The notes under the pieces were generated by a model. The model searched no databases and was not told the DNA's origin. It worked only from the letters and a program-made list of their open reading frames with translations. A stretch of DNA of 54,525 bases, from contig DAVM01000020.1 in assembly GCA_002505585.1 (NCBI GenBank), positions 1 to 54,525 on the forward strand. Reading direction: 5' to 3'. The position numbers and the translations under genes are program-made. Shown one piece after another: positions 10,568-19,579 of this stretch; the first letter of the stretch is position 1, and every line of letters starts with the position of its first letter. The stretch is from Candidatus Woesearchaeota archaeon UBA489. GTDB lineage: Archaea > Nanobdellota > Nanobdellia > SCGC-AAA011-G17 > UBA489.

Positions 10568-11191
10568 ATGACTAAGTTATTAAGAGATTTGGGAATTGCT
10601 GCAATTGCTGCAATAGCTGGCTTAGGAATAGCTTATGCAATAACTCGTGCGCCTAAAAACCCAGTTAAACAACCTTCTTCAATTCAAGAAATCCTTACAG
10701 AAAATCCAACTCCTCAAGTTCAAGAACCTGTTGGTAACTTCACTCCTACTCGCATTCACCAAGCTCATGATTATAGGGCTGGACGAACAGCAAATGTTGA
10801 CGAAATTGTTTTACATACTACTGAGGGAACTCCTCTTGGTGCTGAAACATGGTTAACTTCTGCAAGTGGATTAGAAGTAAGTGCTCATTATTTAGTTTGG
10901 CCAAATGGAGATATTGTACAAATGGTTAATCCTGCCGATACAGCTTGGCATGTTCGTGGACATAATGCAAGATCTGTTGGTATTGAAATAGCTGGATATT
11001 TTAACAGACCTATTACTAATCAACAAGTAACAAGAACTGCTGAACTTGTTTCTCATTTGTTAAATCAATATGATTTACAACCAACTGCAATTCGTGCACA
11101 TTCACAACTTGATCCTTCAAGAAGAAGAGATCCTGGAACTGAAAATTTTAATCGTGTCATCACAGCAGTTAACCAAGATAGAAATCGTTAA
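10568..11191 (+). CDS. Membrane-anchored N-acetylmuramoyl-L-alanine amidase (Amidase_2/AmpD/PGRP fold)
   Basis: IVLHTT (H83), SAHYLV, AWHV, SVGIEIAG (E140), IRAHS (H178), RRDPG (D188); N-terminal hydrophobic helix and Pro/Gln-rich linker. Confidence 0.9.
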   Translation: MTKLLRDLGIAAIAAIAGLGIAYAITRAPKNPVKQPSSIQEILTENPTPQVQEPVGNFTPTRIHQAHDYRAGRTANVDEIVLHTTEGTPLGAETWLTSASGLEVSAHYLVWPNGDIVQMVNPADTAWHVRGHNARSVGIEIAGYFNRPITNQQVTRTAELVSHLLNQYDLQPTAIRAHSQLDPSRRRDPGTENFNRVITAVNQDRNR

Positions 11192-11838
11192 AACTTTTTT
11201 AAATCTCCGTTCTTAGGAATAATGTTATGTTCTGGTTTAAACACATAAGTGTGATTATGATCAAAGTATCCACATCTAAAGTTTTCTAATGGTATTCCTG
11301 TTCTTATGCTTAACATGATTGCATAAAAATATACTTGTGTTGATGCATATTTTTCTTTATGTGCATTAGGTTTGTAATCCCATATCCAAATATGTCCATT
11401 TTCTATTCTTACTAAGTCTATATGTCCTGATAAGGTTTCTTCACTATTAAAAATTGTTTTGTACCCTTCTAATTCTTTTGCATGCAACCAAATAGGAACT
11501 TCCATTGCAATAGTATTGCTATCATTCTCTAGCATAAACACTTGCACTTTTGAATGTGCATCTTTATATCTTTCTTTATTAGTTTCTAATCCCCATCCTG
11601 CTAAACTTGCTACTTCATGTCCTTGCACATAACTAACATCAAAAGGAACTTTAAACTTTAGTGCACTACTCCTTGGCCCTCCATTATTAAAATGATTATC
11701 TGGACAGTCATGGAAGACTTCTTGCATATATTTGTGCAACCCATCAAATCCATTACAGAGCTCTTGTATCTTCTTTTCGTGTACTCTATAACAATAAAAT
11801 CCACCGCTATGATTGAGAACTGTTTGACTTATCACCAC
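11188..11838 (-). CDS. PD-(D/E)XK nuclease (RecB-like motif set)
   Basis: AMEVP...GHIDLV...WDYKP...QVYFYA, matching E, D, DxK and QxxxY motifs. Confidence 0.8.
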   Translation of the reverse strand: MVISQTVLNHSGGFYCYRVHEKKIQELCNGFDGLHKYMQEVFHDCPDNHFNNGGPRSSALKFKVPFDVSYVQGHEVASLAGWGLETNKERYKDAHSKVQVFMLENDSNTIAMEVPIWLHAKELEGYKTIFNSEETLSGHIDLVRIENGHIWIWDYKPNAHKEKYASTQVYFYAIMLSIRTGIPLENFRCGYFDHNHTYVFKPEHNIIPKNGDLKKF

Positions 11839-11919
11839 TTTTATTGTTAGTTTTAAAGAAGGGAATATAAGGTTTTCTAAACTGCAGGGTTTATATAGGA
11901 TTATCTTAATTTCTTCAAT

Positions 11920-12873
11920 ATGAAAACTGAAGTAAGAAAAAGCAATGCTAATGTTATAGCTAATGCAGCTAAACTGCTAAAAGATGGTAAATTAGTTGCT
12001 TTTCCTACTGAGACTGTGTATGGTTTAGGTGCTAACGCTTTCGATGCAAAAGCTGTGAAACAAATTTTTAAAGTAAAAGGAAGACCTGTTGATAATCCTC
12101 TAATTGTGCATGTTGGCTCTAAAGCAGATATCAATCTTGTTGCTAAAAATATTCCTTCTGTTGCAAAAAAACTGATACAGGAGTTTTGGCCTGGCCCTTT
12201 GACTTTGGTTTTAGAAAAAAGAAAAAGTATTCCTTCAATTGTTTCTGCTAACTTACAAACTGTTGCTATTCGTATGCCTTCTAACAAAATTGCTTTGTTT
12301 TTAATTTGTAAAGCTAAAGTTCCTCTTGCTGCTCCGAGTGCTAATTCTGCTGGAAAACCTAGTCCTACTTCGGCTACACATGTACTACAAGATCTTAAAA
12401 ATAAAATTCCTTTAATTGTTGATGGTGGTTCTACTCACATTGGTTTAGAGTCTACTGTTTTAGACTTAACAACTTCAACTCCTACTCTACTCCGTCCTGG
12501 AAAAATAACTTTGCCTCAGTTAGAAAAAGTTCTTGGTGTTATTAATTTGCCTTCTTCTAAAAACACTCTTACTAAGTCTCCAGGAATGAAATACAAACAC
12601 TATGCTCCTAAGGCTAAAGTGATTGTTTTGCATGGATCTAAAAAAAAGGTTTTGAAAGAAATACAACTAACTAAAAAGAAGTTCAAGTCTGTTGTTATCC
12701 TTGACGCTACAAAAAATCAATCTAAAGTTGCTAATCAACTCTTTGCTTTCTTTCGTAATTGTGATAAAAAAGGAATTAAAAACATCTTAGTTATTGGTTC
12801 TTCTCATCAAGGGTTAGGTCATGCTTTGATGAATCGTATTGAGAAGGCTGCTAGTAAGATTATAAGAGTATAA
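11920..12873 (+). CDS. sua5: L-threonylcarbamoyladenylate synthase Sua5
   Basis: AFPTETVYGLGA, KGRPVDNPLIVH, APSAN, SPGMKYKHYAP (Sua5 C-domain). Confidence 0.95.
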   Translation: MKTEVRKSNANVIANAAKLLKDGKLVAFPTETVYGLGANAFDAKAVKQIFKVKGRPVDNPLIVHVGSKADINLVAKNIPSVAKKLIQEFWPGPLTLVLEKRKSIPSIVSANLQTVAIRMPSNKIALFLICKAKVPLAAPSANSAGKPSPTSATHVLQDLKNKIPLIVDGGSTHIGLESTVLDLTTSTPTLLRPGKITLPQLEKVLGVINLPSSKNTLTKSPGMKYKHYAPKAKVIVLHGSKKKVLKEIQLTKKKFKSVVILDATKNQSKVANQLFAFFRNCDKKGIKNILVIGSSHQGLGHALMNRIEKAASKIIRV

Positions 12874-12903
12874 TTTATATACCTCTATTAGTTATTTTTT
12901 CTT

Positions 12904-13914
12904 ATGGGAGTTAAACTTTCTGATTTAGTGCAAAAGAAGCAATTATCTTTTGAGCAATTAGCTGGAAAAAAGATTGCTGTTGATTATTCTAACTCTGCTT
13001 ATCAATTCTTATCCTCTATTCGTCAACGCGATGGTACTCCTTTGATGGACTCTCAAGGGAATGTTACTAGTCATTTGATGGGTACTTGGAATCGTTTTAG
13101 TAATTTAATGCAACAAGGTATTCGATTAGCTGTTATTCTTGACGGAAAACCTCCTTTGTTAAAAGTAAGAGAACAAGAAGATCGTGCTTATCGGAAACGT
13201 ATTGCTCAAGATAAGTTTGAAGAGGCTCAACAAGAAGAAGATATTGATTTAATGGCTAAATATGCTAAACAAACTTCTAAATTATCGCGTGATATGGTTG
13301 CTGAAGCTAAAGAATTAATGAAGGCTATGGGATTGCCTGTTATTCAAGCTCCTTCTGAGGCTGATGCACAAATGGCTTTTATGGCTGAAAAAGAAGATGT
13401 GTTTGCTTGTGCTTCTTCTGATTATGACTGTTTGCTCCATGGTACTCCTCGTTTACTTACTAATTTGACTCTTTCTCAAAAAAGAAAGTTACCTAGTGGT
13501 GCTTATGTAAAAACTACTCCTGATTTGATTGATTTAAAAAAGACTTTAACTGATTTAGATATTTCTCAAGATCAATTGATTGTTATTGCTATTTTGGTTG
13601 GTACTGATTATAATGCTGGTGTGAAACGTATTGGTCCAAAGACTGCTTTAAAGTTAGTGAAACAACATTCCTCTTTTGATAAATTGTTCAAGGAAGTTAA
13701 GGCTGAATTTAATTGGAAAAAAATTTATGCTGTTTTTAAGTCTATGCCTATTATGAAGAATTATCAATTAAAATGGTCTGCTCCTGATGTTGACAAAATT
13801 AAAGAGTTGTTAGTTGAAAAACACGAATTTTCTGAAGAGCGTGTACAAACTGTTTTGGATAGGTTGACTTCTTCTAAAAAAAGAGAACAAAAAGGGTTAG
13901 GAGATTTTTTTTAA
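12904..13914 (+). CDS. fen: Flap endonuclease 1
   Basis: DGKPP, APSEADAQ, SSDYD, GTDYN, GIGPK-like RIGPKTA; C-terminal PIP box QKGLGDFF. Confidence 0.96.
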   Translation: MGVKLSDLVQKKQLSFEQLAGKKIAVDYSNSAYQFLSSIRQRDGTPLMDSQGNVTSHLMGTWNRFSNLMQQGIRLAVILDGKPPLLKVREQEDRAYRKRIAQDKFEEAQQEEDIDLMAKYAKQTSKLSRDMVAEAKELMKAMGLPVIQAPSEADAQMAFMAEKEDVFACASSDYDCLLHGTPRLLTNLTLSQKRKLPSGAYVKTTPDLIDLKKTLTDLDISQDQLIVIAILVGTDYNAGVKRIGPKTALKLVKQHSSFDKLFKEVKAEFNWKKIYAVFKSMPIMKNYQLKWSAPDVDKIKELLVEKHEFSEERVQTVLDRLTSSKKREQKGLGDFF

Positions 13915-14714
13915 TGACTAAGTTTAAAGATACTTTAAAAAAATTAACTAAGAAGGAATTAGCTTTAGTTCCTCGTGCTTTTGATACTGTTGGTTCTATT
14001 GCTATTTTTAATGAATTTCCTCCTGAGCTTAAGAAAAAGGAGAAATATATTGCTCAAACTTTGATGCAACTCCAACCTAATATTAAGACTGTTGCTAAGA
14101 AGGTTAAACAGTATTCTGGTCGTTTAAGAACTCCTAAGCTTGTTTTGATTGCTGGTTCCAAATCTAAAGAAACTTTGCATGTTGAAAATGGTGTTCGGTT
14201 AAAATTGAATGTGGAGTCTTGTTATTTTTCTACTCGTTCTAGTAATGAAAGAAAAAGAATTGCTAAATTAGTTAAAAAAGGTGAGTCTATTCTTGTTTTA
14301 TTTTCTGGTATTGCACCTTTCCCTTGTGTTATTGCTAAAAATACTAAAGCTAAAGAGGTTGTTGGTATTGAGTTGAATAAAAAAGCTCATAAATTTGCTT
14401 TAGAGAATATTAAGTTGAATAAGTTGCTTAATGTTTCTCTTTTGCATGGTGATGTTAAGAAAATACTTCCTTGTTTGAAAAAGAAGTTTGATCGTATTTT
14501 GCTTCCTCTTCCTAAGTCTGCTGATAAATATTTAAGTCTTGCTTTAAAGAAATTAAAACCTAAAGGAACTTTACATTTGTATTTGTTTGCTGAAGAGAAA
14601 GAATTTAAGGAATTAAAAAAAGAGTACAAGAAGAAGTTTAAATCTGTTAAATTACTTAAATGTGGTATGTATTCTCCTGGTGTGTATAGAGTTTGTTTAG
14701 ATTTAAAAATTTAA
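13914..14714 (+). CDS. trm5: Trm5/Taw2-family SAM-dependent tRNA methyltransferase
   Basis: FDTVGSIA, YFSTRSSNERKRI, LFSGIAPF, GIELN, FDRILLPLP. Confidence 0.8.
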   Translation: MTKFKDTLKKLTKKELALVPRAFDTVGSIAIFNEFPPELKKKEKYIAQTLMQLQPNIKTVAKKVKQYSGRLRTPKLVLIAGSKSKETLHVENGVRLKLNVESCYFSTRSSNERKRIAKLVKKGESILVLFSGIAPFPCVIAKNTKAKEVVGIELNKKAHKFALENIKLNKLLNVSLLHGDVKKILPCLKKKFDRILLPLPKSADKYLSLALKKLKPKGTLHLYLFAEEKEFKELKKEYKKKFKSVKLLKCGMYSPGVYRVCLDLKI

Positions 14715-17276
14715 TTTCAACTCTTTCTTATACTTTAATGCACTTGGTGCTTCTCCACCGTGCCAGCTTTTCTTTGGTCTTACCATAAGTGGATAGATTC
14801 TTTCTGAGTTATCGTCTAAAAGTATTGCTGATCCTTTTCTTTTTGGTAGATTATTCAAGTAGGTTTGTAATTCTGTTACTAAGTAGCTTTGCATCATACT
14901 ATTTAATGCTTCTATATCTCTTTTACTTGTGAGTTTATGGCTCAACACTATGTCACTTTGTGTTAGCACATCATGATGTATTTCTCCTGGTTGCTGCGTC
15001 ACTAAACATAAACTTATACCTGGTTGTCTTCCTTCTCTTAGTAATTGCACTAATGCATCTGTTGCTGGTGTTTTTCCTGTTTTTGGTAGGAATTCGTGGC
15101 ATTCATCTAGCATAATCCATACTAATGGTTTTTCTTTTATTTTTTCTTCGAAGAAATAACTCTTTCTTTTTCCTATATCTTGTAATTCCTCTACTTTTCT
15201 TGCTTTGATTCTTTCTTCTAATAACTTCCTGCTTATCATCCCTATTACTAGTCCTTTGATGCTCCAATTTCCTGAAACGTTTGTGTAGACGCTTATATCT
15301 AGTACATTTACACTTCCTGGTTGCATGAGTTCTTGTATGCTTGTTCCGTGTTTGTCAAATAATCCCCATTTGTCTGCTGCTAAGAATTTGTTTTCTGTTG
15401 CATCTTTTACTTCTCTTGTTGTTTTTTTGTTTGCTATGATTAATTTAATGATATCTTTTATTGAGTATTCTTTTTTTGTGTCTTGTAAGATTCCTATTAC
15501 TCTCTCTATTAGTATTCCTACTGGTTCTGTTGGTCTTACTTCAAAGACATTGCACCATTCTCCTGCGCTTAGTTCTGATGTCTTCAACGCAAATGCTTTG
15601 TCTACTGGAATCCCTTTCTCTTTTTGTTCTGCGTAGTGTCCTTCTGGGGTGAAGATATTTATGTCAAAGGCTTTTGTTTTTAATCCCCATTTTGTTACTA
15701 AGTCTTCTTGTCTAGTGTTTGGATATTTCATTGTCCAGAATACTCCTAGTGTGTCAAAGAATAACACTGTTATGTTTTGCTTTACGTCATCTGGTAGTTC
15801 TGCTATTTCTTCTGCTATTACTGATGCACTGTAACTGTTGTGGATAAGAATGTCATTTGCTACAAAATTGTGGAATTTTGGAACACTAATATCATAGACT
15901 TCTGTTTCTTTTTCTATAGCTTCAAGACTTGTAATCTCATCCCAGAAAATATCTGATTGTGCTAAGAGTGTTATTGAGTTGTTTTGATCTGCTTTTGCAA
16001 CTTGTAGTAATGTTTGTCTAGATGGGGCATATTTTATTCTTTCTCGCATTGCTTTTGGATGTGCATAACCTGCTACTCTACCAACTTCTGCCCAATTTTT
16101 TGGTCTATAAGTTTCCCAGAGTTCTTTAGGAATGGTATCAACATTAGGATTTCTAACAATATTTTCTATTTCTTTAAGGCATTGTTGGCTTTTCTTCTTT
16201 TTTTCTGGGTGAAAGAACCCTATCTCTTTAATATATTTGGTTATGTTATCTGATCCGATGATTATTTCATAACTAACGAATTTTTTCCCATCTAGTTTTA
16301 TGTTTTTTGTTCTAATTCTTGAAAGAATGCCAAAACGTAATAAGAGGTGGTGTACTTGGTGTATTAAGATTTTTGAAGATGAGCTATAATCTATCTCCCA
16401 CCCACTTCTATTACTGTTGTAGTAAATACTCCCATCACAACTAAAAAGCCTATCAAGGAACACTCTTAAAAAATCTTTTTCTAGTTGCAGTATTCCTGGT
16501 GGGATAAATTTCTTTGGAGCAAGCTTTCCTTGTATTTTTAAGTCAATTAACCAATCTTTCACATAGTTATTTTTCTTTCCATGTGGATTATCTTTTCTGC
16601 TAATACGATAAGAACTTGATTTTCCATGCAGATCTATTTTTAAATCTTCATCAAATTGTTTTACTGTTTCTTCAAATTCTTCTAAAATTGTTTTATCTTC
16701 ATTACTAAAGAGAACATAGTGTCCTTTTGTGTGTCCTTCTGCTATTAAATATGCAAGAAGTTTTAATTTGTGTATATCCATTTTTCCTTTTCCAAAGTTA
16801 TCAATTTTTCTTGGCGTTCCTATTCTACTCCCTATTGTTAATTCTTCAACAGGTTTCCAACCTTTTATTGTTAATAAAGGATGTTCTGGTGTGAGTGTTA
16901 TTTCTTTTCCACTTCTTAACTTTACTTTTAAAACTCTATTAACTTTACGTTTAAAGAACTCATCTTTTTTCAAAGGGACAACTTTCAATTGATCATTTAA
17001 TCCCATAATTTTTTCATTTCTTTGTTCAAGTTCTTTAATCGGACAAACAGTTCCATCAGCTAAAGTAATAAGTGTGTCTCCTACAACACACTTTCCGCTT
17101 CCTCTTTTTCCTGCTATTAAGACTACATGTGTTCTTGCTACATCCATCATGATGTTATTACTCAAAGAAGTTGTTTGTCCCATAGTCACGAAAAGCTTTC
17201 CTAAGTTGATTGTGCCATGTTCACCGAACTTTTCTTTGTCTGCTTTATTCCTTCCAACTACTATATTGTATGCCAT
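14703..17276 (-). CDS. HerA/FtsK-like (DUF87) ATPase precursor containing an intein; 439 aa after splicing
   Basis: Walker A GKRGSGK|S split by the intein; FFDTLG, Walker B MLDECHEF, LLREGRQPG, VTQQP. Confidence 0.88.
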   Translation of the reverse strand: MAYNIVVGRNKADKEKFGEHGTINLGKLFVTMGQTTSLSNNIMMDVARTHVVLIAGKRGSGKCVVGDTLITLADGTVCPIKELEQRNEKIMGLNDQLKVVPLKKDEFFKRKVNRVLKVKLRSGKEITLTPEHPLLTIKGWKPVEELTIGSRIGTPRKIDNFGKGKMDIHKLKLLAYLIAEGHTKGHYVLFSNEDKTILEEFEETVKQFDEDLKIDLHGKSSSYRISRKDNPHGKKNNYVKDWLIDLKIQGKLAPKKFIPPGILQLEKDFLRVFLDRLFSCDGSIYYNSNRSGWEIDYSSSSKILIHQVHHLLLRFGILSRIRTKNIKLDGKKFVSYEIIIGSDNITKYIKEIGFFHPEKKKKSQQCLKEIENIVRNPNVDTIPKELWETYRPKNWAEVGRVAGYAHPKAMRERIKYAPSRQTLLQVAKADQNNSITLLAQSDIFWDEITSLEAIEKETEVYDISVPKFHNFVANDILIHNSYSASVIAEEIAELPDDVKQNITVLFFDTLGVFWTMKYPNTRQEDLVTKWGLKTKAFDINIFTPEGHYAEQKEKGIPVDKAFALKTSELSAGEWCNVFEVRPTEPVGILIERVIGILQDTKKEYSIKDIIKLIIANKKTTREVKDATENKFLAADKWGLFDKHGTSIQELMQPGSVNVLDISVYTNVSGNWSIKGLVIGMISRKLLEERIKARKVEELQDIGKRKSYFFEEKIKEKPLVWIMLDECHEFLPKTGKTPATDALVQLLREGRQPGISLCLVTQQPGEIHHDVLTQSDIVLSHKLTSKRDIEALNSMMQSYLVTELQTYLNNLPKRKGSAILLDDNSERIYPLMVRPKKSWHGGEAPSALKYKKELKLNF
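15837..17090 (-). mobile_element. Intein with LAGLIDADG homing endonuclease (418 aa, precursor residues 63-480)
   Basis: Starts CVVGDT (block A), has TPEHP (block B), LLAYLIAEG and FLDRLFSCDG (DOD motifs), ends VYDISV...HNFVANDILIHN followed by Ser. Confidence 0.95.
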
Positions 17277-17325
17277 GTCTGTTAATGCAAACCTTTTTAA
17301 ACATTTAAATGTTTCCTTACTTTTG

Positions 17326-18339
17326 ATGAAGAAAAGTACTAAAAAAACACATAAAAAAAAGGTTGTACATAAGAAAAAAGAGCTTGAAGAAGTTCTTCCT
17401 GTTTCTAAAAAAGATGTAAAGAGGGTTATTGAGCTTACTAAAAAGCAAGTTGTTGGTGTTGTTTTAGGTATTGCTTTTTTAATTATTTTATTTTTAATTA
17501 TTTTTAATCAACAAAGTGGTGATAAAGGTGATGTTGTTGCTAAAGTAAATGATGAAGTTATTACTCAACAAGAATTGGATAAGACTTTTGAACAATTAGC
17601 TCAACAGAATCCTACAATCACTAAAGAAATGGTTCTAAATCAAACTATTATGCGTTATTTGATTTTGTCTGAAGCTAAAGCTAAAGATATTGTAGTAGCT
17701 GATGAAGAGGTTAATAGTTACATCAAAAATTTGGAAAGTTCTTTCAAACAAGATTTAGCTCCAGTATTAGAACAATTAGGTGTTACTTTGGAAGAATTGC
17801 AGGAACAAGTAAAAGAACAATTAATGATTACACAATTACTTATTGTAGAAGCAAGTGTGGAAGATGTAAGCATTACTGATGAAGATTTAAAAAAGTTTTA
17901 TAGGGAAGCTAAAGATTCTCTTATGGTTGGTGAACGTGTTGAAGCTTCTCATATTCTTGTAGAAACTGAAGATGAAGCTAAGGCTATTGTTGCTAAATTA
18001 AAAGCTGGTGCTGATTTTGCTGAATTAGCTGCTGAAAGATCTATTGATCCTAGTGCTAAGACTAACAAAGGAAATCTTGGTTTTTTTGAACGTGGACAGA
18101 TGGTTAAGGAGTTTGAAGATGTTGCTTTTGCTTTAGATCTTAGAGTAGTTTCTGAACCTGTTAAATCTGAATTTGGCTATCATGTAATTAAAGTGTATAA
18201 GAAGGAGTCTCCTAAACAATTAGCTTTTGATGAGGTTAAGGATAATATTAAGCAAGTGTTGTTAGAACAAAGACAACAAGAAGTTTTAGCTTCTTATATC
18301 GAAAAATTGCGTGAAAAAGCTCAGATTAAGATTTTTTAA
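17326..18339 (+). CDS. PrsA/SurA-like foldase: TM anchor, SurA-N domain and parvulin PPIase
   Basis: ATG 17326 preferred; Lys-rich N-terminus, TM VVGVVLGIAFLIILFLIIF, VAKVNDEVITQQE, ASHILV...GNLGFF...SEFGYHVIKV. Confidence 0.88.
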   Translation: MKKSTKKTHKKKVVHKKKELEEVLPVSKKDVKRVIELTKKQVVGVVLGIAFLIILFLIIFNQQSGDKGDVVAKVNDEVITQQELDKTFEQLAQQNPTITKEMVLNQTIMRYLILSEAKAKDIVVADEEVNSYIKNLESSFKQDLAPVLEQLGVTLEELQEQVKEQLMITQLLIVEASVEDVSITDEDLKKFYREAKDSLMVGERVEASHILVETEDEAKAIVAKLKAGADFAELAAERSIDPSAKTNKGNLGFFERGQMVKEFEDVAFALDLRVVSEPVKSEFGYHVIKVYKKESPKQLAFDEVKDNIKQVLLEQRQQEVLASYIEKLREKAQIKIF

Positions 18340-18376
18340 CAAAATCTTTTTAAAGAAGGGTTTCTTTTGATGTTCT

Positions 18377-19213
18377 ATGTTTAATCAATTCAAAACAATT
18401 ATTTTATTAGGTGTTTTAACAGGTATCTTGCTCTTAATTGGACAAGTGGTTGGGGGTACTTCTGGGTTAACTATTGCTTTTCTTTTTGCTATTATCATGA
18501 ATGTTGGTTCTTATTGGTTTTCTGATAAGATTGTTTTACGTATGTATCGGGCTAAGGAAGTTTCTAAAGTTCAAGCTCCTAAAATTCATGCTATGGTTGA
18601 AGATATTTGTAAAAAAGCTCATTTACCTAAACCTAAAATTTATATTGTTCCTACTGATAATGCTAATGCTTTTGCAACTGGTCGTAATCCTCAAAATGCA
18701 GCGATTGCTTTTACTGAGGGAATTTTGCGTTTGTTAAGTGAAAAAGAATTGAAAGGTGTTGCTGCTCATGAGCTTGCGCATGTGAAGAACCGTGATACTT
18801 TAATTTCTACTATTGCTGCTACTATTGCTTCTGTTATTTCTTATATTGCTTTTATGGCTCGTTTTGCTGCTATTTTTGGTGGTCGTGATAATGAAGGTAT
18901 GGGAAATATTTTAGAATTGTTGTTGTTAGCTATTGTTGCTCCTATTGCTGCTGTTATTATTCAATTAGCTATTTCTCGTAGTCGTGAGTATTTAGCTGAT
19001 CAAAGTGGTGCTTCTTACTTAAAAGATGGTAGTGGCTTAGCTTCTGCGTTAGAAAAGTTGCATTCTCACAAAACACCTATGCGTTTAGGTAATCCTTCTT
19101 CTTCGCATTTAATGATTGCTAATAATTTTTCTGGAAGGGCTTTGTTGAGTTTGTTTTCTACTCATCCTAATCATAATGATAGGATTTCAAAATTAAAGAG
19201 TTTGAAGTTTTAA
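18377..19213 (+). CDS. htpX: Membrane zinc metalloprotease HtpX
   Basis: NAFATGRNP, AHELAH, SRSREYLAD, FSTHP. Confidence 0.95.
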   Translation: MFNQFKTIILLGVLTGILLLIGQVVGGTSGLTIAFLFAIIMNVGSYWFSDKIVLRMYRAKEVSKVQAPKIHAMVEDICKKAHLPKPKIYIVPTDNANAFATGRNPQNAAIAFTEGILRLLSEKELKGVAAHELAHVKNRDTLISTIAATIASVISYIAFMARFAAIFGGRDNEGMGNILELLLLAIVAPIAAVIIQLAISRSREYLADQSGASYLKDGSGLASALEKLHSHKTPMRLGNPSSSHLMIANNFSGRALLSLFSTHPNHNDRISKLKSLKF

Positions 19214-19500
19214 GCTTCTACTTTTTCTATTTTTCCAAATTTTCCTGCTGTTAACTGTTTGTCTCCTTGGAATTCGCCTACATATCCATTAATTATTTTT
19301 ATTTTGTCTCCTACTTGAAATTCGTCTGCTTGTTCATTCCAGAGTGTTAGTGTGATTTCTCCTGTATCATCTTTTAATTTTGCATTACATACTTTTCCTT
19401 CTTTACCGAATTTTTCGAAGGTTCTTGCTTCTTCTTTGCTAGTTATTTCTCCTTCTACTTCGATGTTTCCTTGTCTTACTTCTAATTCACTGATTTTCAT
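19210..19500 (-). CDS. Single-OB-fold ssDNA-binding protein
   Basis: KDDTGEITLTLWNEQ...GDKIKIINGYV; resembles crenarchaeal SSB or a single RPA OB fold. Confidence 0.85.
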   Translation of the reverse strand: MKISELEVRQGNIEVEGEITSKEEARTFEKFGKEGKVCNAKLKDDTGEITLTLWNEQADEFQVGDKIKIINGYVGEFQGDKQLTAGKFGKIEKVEA

Positions 19501-19579
19501 GTTGTTTTGTACTCCTTTTTTGATTGAATTAATTGATTTTAAAATAGTTTATAAGTTTATCTCTTCTCTAGAAAACTAT

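Noticed and set aside
11188-11838. Cas4 assignment for the PD-(D/E)XK protein
   Set aside because: It lacks the Fe-S cysteine cluster, and no CRISPR or cas1 is nearby.
10568-11838. Prophage or viral lysis cassette
   Set aside because: No holin, capsid, terminase or integrase; flanked directly by housekeeping genes.
17074-17325. 84-aa N-terminal extension of the PrsA-like ORF
   Set aside because: It is antisense to the HerA-like gene start; ATG 17326 gives a normal topology.
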